Source of the DNA: Lepidodermella squamata
Lineage: Eukaryota > Animalia > Gastrotricha
Reading direction: 5' to 3'
NCBI GenBank assembly: GCA_047495785.1
Contig: JBLDXI010000148.1
Span: 1 to 13,890 of the forward strand
Length of the DNA stretch: 13,890 bases
Shown: positions 8,924 through 13,890 of the stretch, piece after piece
How the letters are laid out: the number at the start of each line of letters is the position of its first letter
Position numbering within the stretch: the first letter of the stretch is position 1
Program-made: the position numbers and the translations under genes
The notes under the pieces: model-generated
Seen by the model: only the letters and a program-made list of their open reading frames with translations
What the model was told of the DNA's origin: nothing
Databases searched by the model: none

Positions 8924-9649
8924 GCTGGTGTAAGAGCAGTTGGAGCAGTTGGAGTATCATCTGTGATAACATTGGGTTCGAACAATGTCGAAATAAGCTT
9001 ACGGGTTGTGTAACTTTATTTAACAAGAAAATTAGCGAGTTCGATTTTCCAAAATTCGAAAATGGGCAGTTATAATAACGTTGTGAGTTTCAGCCCTTAT
9101 GAGGTTTAAATTACTTATTGGCTATTTTCTTCTAGAAACGATCACGATTACGCTTAATGAAAGAGTAGTACCATTCTCGTTCAAGCCCGCCCTATCGTTT
9201 CCGGGTTCTCGTCCGCTAATGGTCTTTGTAGTTAGCTGTTTCCGGCTGAAGATCATGAACCCTTCGCGTATGCCCCGGCGTCGGGATGCAATGTTCCATA
9301 CTCGCTAATAACGTTTCGCAGTTTAATATAATTGATATAAGTAAGAGTAATGGACCCTAAGGCCTACCATAGGCCCAAGGACTTTTGACTGGGAGCCGAC
9401 ATTACTCAAGAATAATTTGAGCGAAAGGGTGCGCAGCAGCTGGGGTCTGATGCCTGAAGTAGCTCCAATTAACGGAAAACACCACATTCAACTACTAAAA
9501 CTGAAAAATTCAACATCACCTGCGCCAATTATGAAACACCCTTGATGTAGTAGGGCTTATTACACACGACATGAGGTTTAAATCTCCATCATCAAATAAG
9601 ATTTTTTCCGCTGTAATGAAGTATATTTTCAATATTATTTATTTATAAT

Positions 9650-9678
9650 TTCTTAACCGTGTCAGTTCTTAACCGTGT
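9650..9678 (+). repeat. Short tandem duplication TTCTTAACCGTGT-cag-TTCTTAACCGTGT upstream of the NPEPL1 acceptor (mirror 7909-7937)
   Basis: 13-bp unit seen twice with a 3-bp spacer. Confidence 0.8.
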
Positions 9679-9707
9679 TAAATGATACATTCTAATTATT
9701 TATTTAG

Positions 9708-12700
9708 ATTCTATGCGAACCTCCCGCGATTTTGTCCTATGTAGCAGCAATCGCTCGTGCTTTCCCGACGTTTTCGCGCAAGACATCGAGTTCGAACAAT
9801 AACCAGCCGCAAACGCCGTCTCGAAGCCAGGCCGGTGGCTCGACGCCGGCTCTGCACGTCGAGTTCCTGGTCCTGCCGACGACGCGCTTCTGCAACACCC
9901 CAGCAGAACAGGCTTCAACAGCCACAGAATGGCGCTCCCTTACCGAATCGGAAGCGGCATTCTGCACGGATGTAGCTCACGCCGTGCGTTTATCGCAACG
10001 ACTGGTCGACACCCCGCCCGATCAAATGAACGTGTCGCATTTCATCAGCGAGTGCCGAACGGTTTACGACGAAGTGGCGGCTGCGATTGGCGCGGCCAAG
10101 TTGTCCGGCGAGAAGGACGACACCACGCCGTCTAACAACCAGCCAACGCTGTCTTTCAAGGTGATTCGCGGCGAGGAGTTGGTTACAAAGGGCTTCGGCG
10201 GCATTCACAACGTTGGAAGAGCTGCGGAGGACCCACCCGCCCTGGCCATCCTCACCTACCGGCCATCGACTGTCCAAGCAGCGGCTGGGGCGTTGTCAGG
10301 CCCCGCCTACACCGCCGCCCCGATCGCCTTTGTTGGCAAGGGCATCGTCTACGATACCGGCGGTTTGGCGCTGAAGGCTCGCGCGTCCATGCAGGGTATG
10401 AAGCGAGACATGGGCGGAGCCGCTGCCGTTCTCGGCGGGTTCTATTTGACCGTAAAACGCGGATTCAACCAAACTCTGCACGCGATTTTCTGTTTGGCTG
10501 AGAATGCGATTGGGCCGAAAGCCATTCGAGTCGATGATATCATCAATTTGTACTCGGGCAAGTCGATTGAGGTGACGAACCCGGATGCTGAGGGTCGTTT
10601 GGTTGTGTCTGACGGCATCGCTTATGCCCGGCAGCAGTTGACCTGTGGCACGATTGTTGATTTGTGTACGCTGACGGGCGCGCAGTCGACTACGACTGGC
10701 AAAATTCACGCGGCTATTATGTCCAACGACCAGGATTTGGAGCACGCAGGTAATTTTTAACCACCAAGTCGGGCTAGTTATCTAGGCATCGCTGTTGTGA
10801 CGTAATAAAATCGCGGACGACACTTTTTTCGCAGCAAATATAATCTTTCCGCAAGAATGCCCCTTTTTCTCAGTAAACCAACAGTAAAACCTATCGTCGA
10901 TGCATTTCTGTTCTGGGAAGATACTGAGAAGATCCCGGCAAAAGTTGATGACATGAAGGAAATCGCGAAATCGTAATGCTGGACAACCTTGTCTCTTCTT
11001 ATGATATAGGGATGCAAGCGAATGATCGCAGATAGTTATCAATGTGACACTTATAATGTAGTCAGTATATTCCATAAGCATTAGAACTAGGCCCCACTTC
11101 AGAATAGGCTCCAAAAAGGAACAATCCCTTTTTCAAGAAATTTTTGTACTCCTTTTGAGGATCTTACAAAGATATCCATACAAAGATATTTATGAAGAAG
11201 TTTGCAAGTGGCATTGTAAATATTTCTGTAGCGGGACTTGAAAAAAGCGGAGTCACTTCAGTTCGCGCTTTATTTATTTATTGGTCACCAACGCGAGAAC
11301 AAATGGCCTTGATATATAACAACGATTAATGATGTTAAAGATAGGATATAACAGTTATTACCTGTACGTTAACAGTTCAGAATACCTGTTATCGTGGGAT
11401 TAATTAATAACAATCGTCAAACTAGCGTCGACTTTGAAACCTAACCTAGAAATGAATTGCTTGGAAGCAAAGGAATTATTTGAGCACGTATCAATATAGC
11501 ACGAAAAGTAGTTCGGGTGTTCGAACCGCCTCCAGCTTGTCGTAGAAATCGCTGACGGCGCTTCGGGCCCAGCTTAGCGACTCAGTTTTTCGTTTCCGAA
11601 CGTCCGGATGCCGGCGCAAAAACCCGTAGAACCAAAACTTGCACGCCTTGTCGTTGCTGAAAGGGTGCCTCTGATGAGTCTTAGAATTGTGAGAACGTCT
11701 TCGTCACAGTAATACCGATCCATTCGGGATTATCGCGGAATTGAAATGATATGTCGGATAGAGAGGACCACGTTTTCAAGGAAAACGTGAGGCTATTGAA
11801 CGAAATCATCACTTACAACAAATTACGAATCTATGGAACGGAATGAATTTCAGCTTCATATAATTCCAGCTCCAAAAGCGATGGGGATAGACTTCAGCAG
11901 ATAAGTTTCATCGTCATTAATGATCGAAGCATCACCCAGACGATAAATCGATGCATTGAAGGGGCGCTCTGGAAGCAAACTGTTGCAATAACGATCCAGC
12001 TGATAGTAGAATGTGCTGCAACGCTGAATTTGCCGATCATCAATGGCAGAGTGGAAACGCGAACAATGCTGGTTCATGCGTTCGCTCACGTTTGTAGTAC
12101 GGCCGATATAGATGGACCCAGAACCATCTCTTATTGTCAAAATATAAGTCACCATGAAGGAGACCTGGCAGCCCAAGAGCTGCTGAAGATAGGCAACCGT
12201 GTCGCATAGTTTCCAATGAATGCGGTTATCTTTGCAATTAGAACACGACATGCTGCACAGACCAGTGACTGTGATGTATTTTTGGTCCATGTAGTTGTCA
12301 ATTATGCTCATTACGTTGCCGTGAAGATGATTAGCATTAAGAAATTCAGAGAAGAATACTTTCAATTGCTTCATAACCTTCCTATCTTTGGGAAGAATGA
12401 CGCCTTCGAAGGATTGCAGTAATTTTATGACCCGGCAGTGGGGGGCTAACGAATAGCAGCACAAGGGCATAGTGCGATAACACTTATCAGACCACGAATT
12501 ACGAAATTTTTGATACCCAGTCGTGAAGGCGTGACCGAACTTGTGTTCTAGATACGAGTATGTGTTGCTGGAAAATTTCCCGCAAAACATATTCAGCAGG
12601 TGGCCGGTGAACCATGTCGCATTGGGAATGTTGCCGCTATCAGGATCACCCATCAGGCTTCTGCAGTGAGAGCGTCGTGATTGCGCGCTGAGTATCTCTG

Positions 12701-13890
12701 TGGAGAGTAGAATGGGGCAGTAAAAACCGACGAATGAAGCGTGTAGCTGATGGTACCAGAATCCTTTCCATTGAACCTCTTAGCTCGTATTTTTCCGCTG
12801 TTCACTTATTCGGCGAAATTTGCCAACTCGCCTTTATCTGTGTCGTAGTCAGTAATGACTATGTCATTAAACCTTGCAGCTAAGCTCTGCATCAAATCGG
12901 ATTTTTCTGCCGCTGTTTGGCAAAAGACATATGCGTGATTTGTGGTGAAAGTCGGAAAGGTAACCAATGAGAGAATAATTCCAGGCTATTGAACGAAATC
13001 ATCGCTTCGGTTTCATAATTGTTCTACTTACTTTGCAATTCAATTGAATTGAAATGGTAATTTAAAATTTTGCTGCGAATCCTGTTTTCGAATCCTAAAC
13101 CCCGTCCAACATTTATTTGAAAAATTGCGATAAATTCGGCGCAGTTTTCTATCGAAGGCCGAGGACATTTTTTGAGATTTTCTGCTTCAATTTATTCAAT
13201 TTAATGTAATAACTATCTAGATTAGAATATTAAGGATTTTATCACTTACAAATAGCTGCCATTGCCATTATTATCATTCTTTTATTGAATTTATTACATA
13301 GCACTCATCTCTGGCCGCTTTTCCGGTGATCTCACTTTCCCGGTCATTTACGCTCCGGAGTTGCTGTTGAGTGAATTTTCCAGCGCTGTTGCTGACTTCA
13401 AGAATTCAGTCTCGGACCGGTAAGCAAGACAATATTTCTTTCATTTTGCTTTAAATACACGAGTCTTGCCCTCTCGGGGATCCGAAATTGACCGGCAAAT
13501 GTTAAAATTTGAAAAACATATGTTTTGAGTTTTAAAAATTGCGGCCAATTGTTTTGGATGAAAACTGCAAAAGATGCCCATTTTAATGATATTTCATCAA
13601 TTTTTCAGAGGCGTCGCAATGGTTTCATGCGCTGGCCACTTCATTGAAGCTGCCAGTGGGCTGAACCCGGCCGACAATCCGCCCGGCGGTCCTAGCCTGC
13701 CACGCTGGCTGCACGTTGACATGGCCGCCCCGGTTGCATCCGGCGAACGAGCAACCGGCTACGGTGTCGCCCTTCTGGCCTCACTGTTCGGCGGCTATTC
13801 CACCGACCCACTCCTGCGCATCTTGGCTCCCCCAACAACCGAGCAACAACAAGTTGCTATGGCTAACGCTGCTTTGGCCCGCCAAGCCGC
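9708..13890 (+). CDS. NPEPL1: NPEPL1-like M17 leucyl aminopeptidase, right-arm copy; exons 9708-10749, 13302-13419, 13609->13890 (5' exons absent; runs off window)
   Basis: Acceptor tttatttag|9708 opens ILCEPPAILSYVAAIARAFP. M17 motifs VGKGIVYDTGGL, MKRDMGGAA, CLAEN, NPDAEGRL and TLTGAQ follow. Spliced exons give SGRFSGDLTFPVIYAPELLLSEFSSAVADFKNSVSDR and WLHVDMAAPVASGERATGYGVALL, which are characteristic of NPEPL1. GT-AG introns 10750-13301 (phase 1) and 13420-13608 (phase 2). Confidence 0.92.
11491..11703 (-). mobile_element. Mirror copy of the pogo/Tigger transposase fragment
   Basis: Reverse complement of 5882-6094. Confidence 0.78.
11790..13003 (-). mobile_element. Mirror copy of the Penelope-like element with 21-bp direct repeats (11790-11810, 12983-13003)
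   Basis: Reverse complement of 4582-5795. Confidence 0.65.
11856..12653 (-). CDS. GIY-YIG endonuclease-domain ORF, mirror copy (265 aa, identical translation)
   Basis: Identical protein to 4932-5729 in the ORF track. Confidence 0.8.
   Translation of the reverse strand: MGDPDSGNIPNATWFTGHLLNMFCGKFSSNTYSYLEHKFGHAFTTGYQKFRNSWSDKCYRTMPLCCYSLAPHCRVIKLLQSFEGVILPKDRKVMKQLKVFFSEFLNANHLHGNVMSIIDNYMDQKYITVTGLCSMSCSNCKDNRIHWKLCDTVAYLQQLLGCQVSFMVTYILTIRDGSGSIYIGRTTNVSERMNQHCSRFHSAIDDRQIQRCSTFYYQLDRYCNSLLPERPFNASIYRLGDASIINDDETYLLKSIPIAFGAGII

Larger units (their letters stand above)
8924..13890. repeat. Right arm of giant inverted repeat (at least 4967 bp, truncated by window end)
   Basis: Starts gctggtgtaagagcagttgg, the reverse complement of ccaactgctcttacaccagc ending at 8663. 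The last base 13890 pairs with 3695. Confidence 0.98.

Noticed and set aside
9351-9545. Open frame with FDWEPTLLKNNLSERVRSSW, faintly like the NPEPL1 N-terminal W...L..RV....W
   Set aside because: No SRHN motif, no suitably placed start or donor, and it ends in a stop; the similarity is within chance.
11671-11810. Hammerhead ribozyme candidate (CTGATGAG at 11671) near the PLE end
   Set aside because: The plausible stem II is followed by GTCT rather than GAAA, and later GAAA sites give no consistent stems I and III. The motif is also antisense to the element and lies in the pogo remnant.
3695-13890. Terminal inverted repeats of one giant Foldback-type or Polinton transposon
   Set aside because: The arms consist of host gene exons and introns, the interior is only 260 bp, and no termini or TSD are visible in the window.

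Overview
Eukaryotic DNA from a compact, AT-rich genome with 47-63 nt spliceosomal introns, most likely an invertebrate animal; the taxon cannot be named from the sequence. The left part holds a 4-exon rho-class-like glutathione S-transferase (248-1434, +) and a convergent 5-exon GPI-anchored Ly6/uPAR three-finger gene (2401-3067, -) that the ORF track misses. From 3695 to the window end the sequence is a giant near-perfect inverted repeat: arms 3695-8663 and 8924-13890, with a 260-bp spacer. The only differences I found are two 1-bp homopolymer indels. Each arm carries the 3' three exons of an M17 aminopeptidase (NPEPL1). The two copies diverge head-to-head and neither has recognisable N-terminal exons. 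Their 2.55-kb intron contains nested antisense mobile DNA: a 5'-truncated Penelope-like element (RT-like remnant, Cys linker, GIY-YIG endonuclease) bounded by 21-bp direct repeats, next to and possibly inside a decayed pogo/Tigger transposase. The palindrome is either a very recent fold-back duplication or an amplification/assembly chimera; the sequence alone cannot decide.
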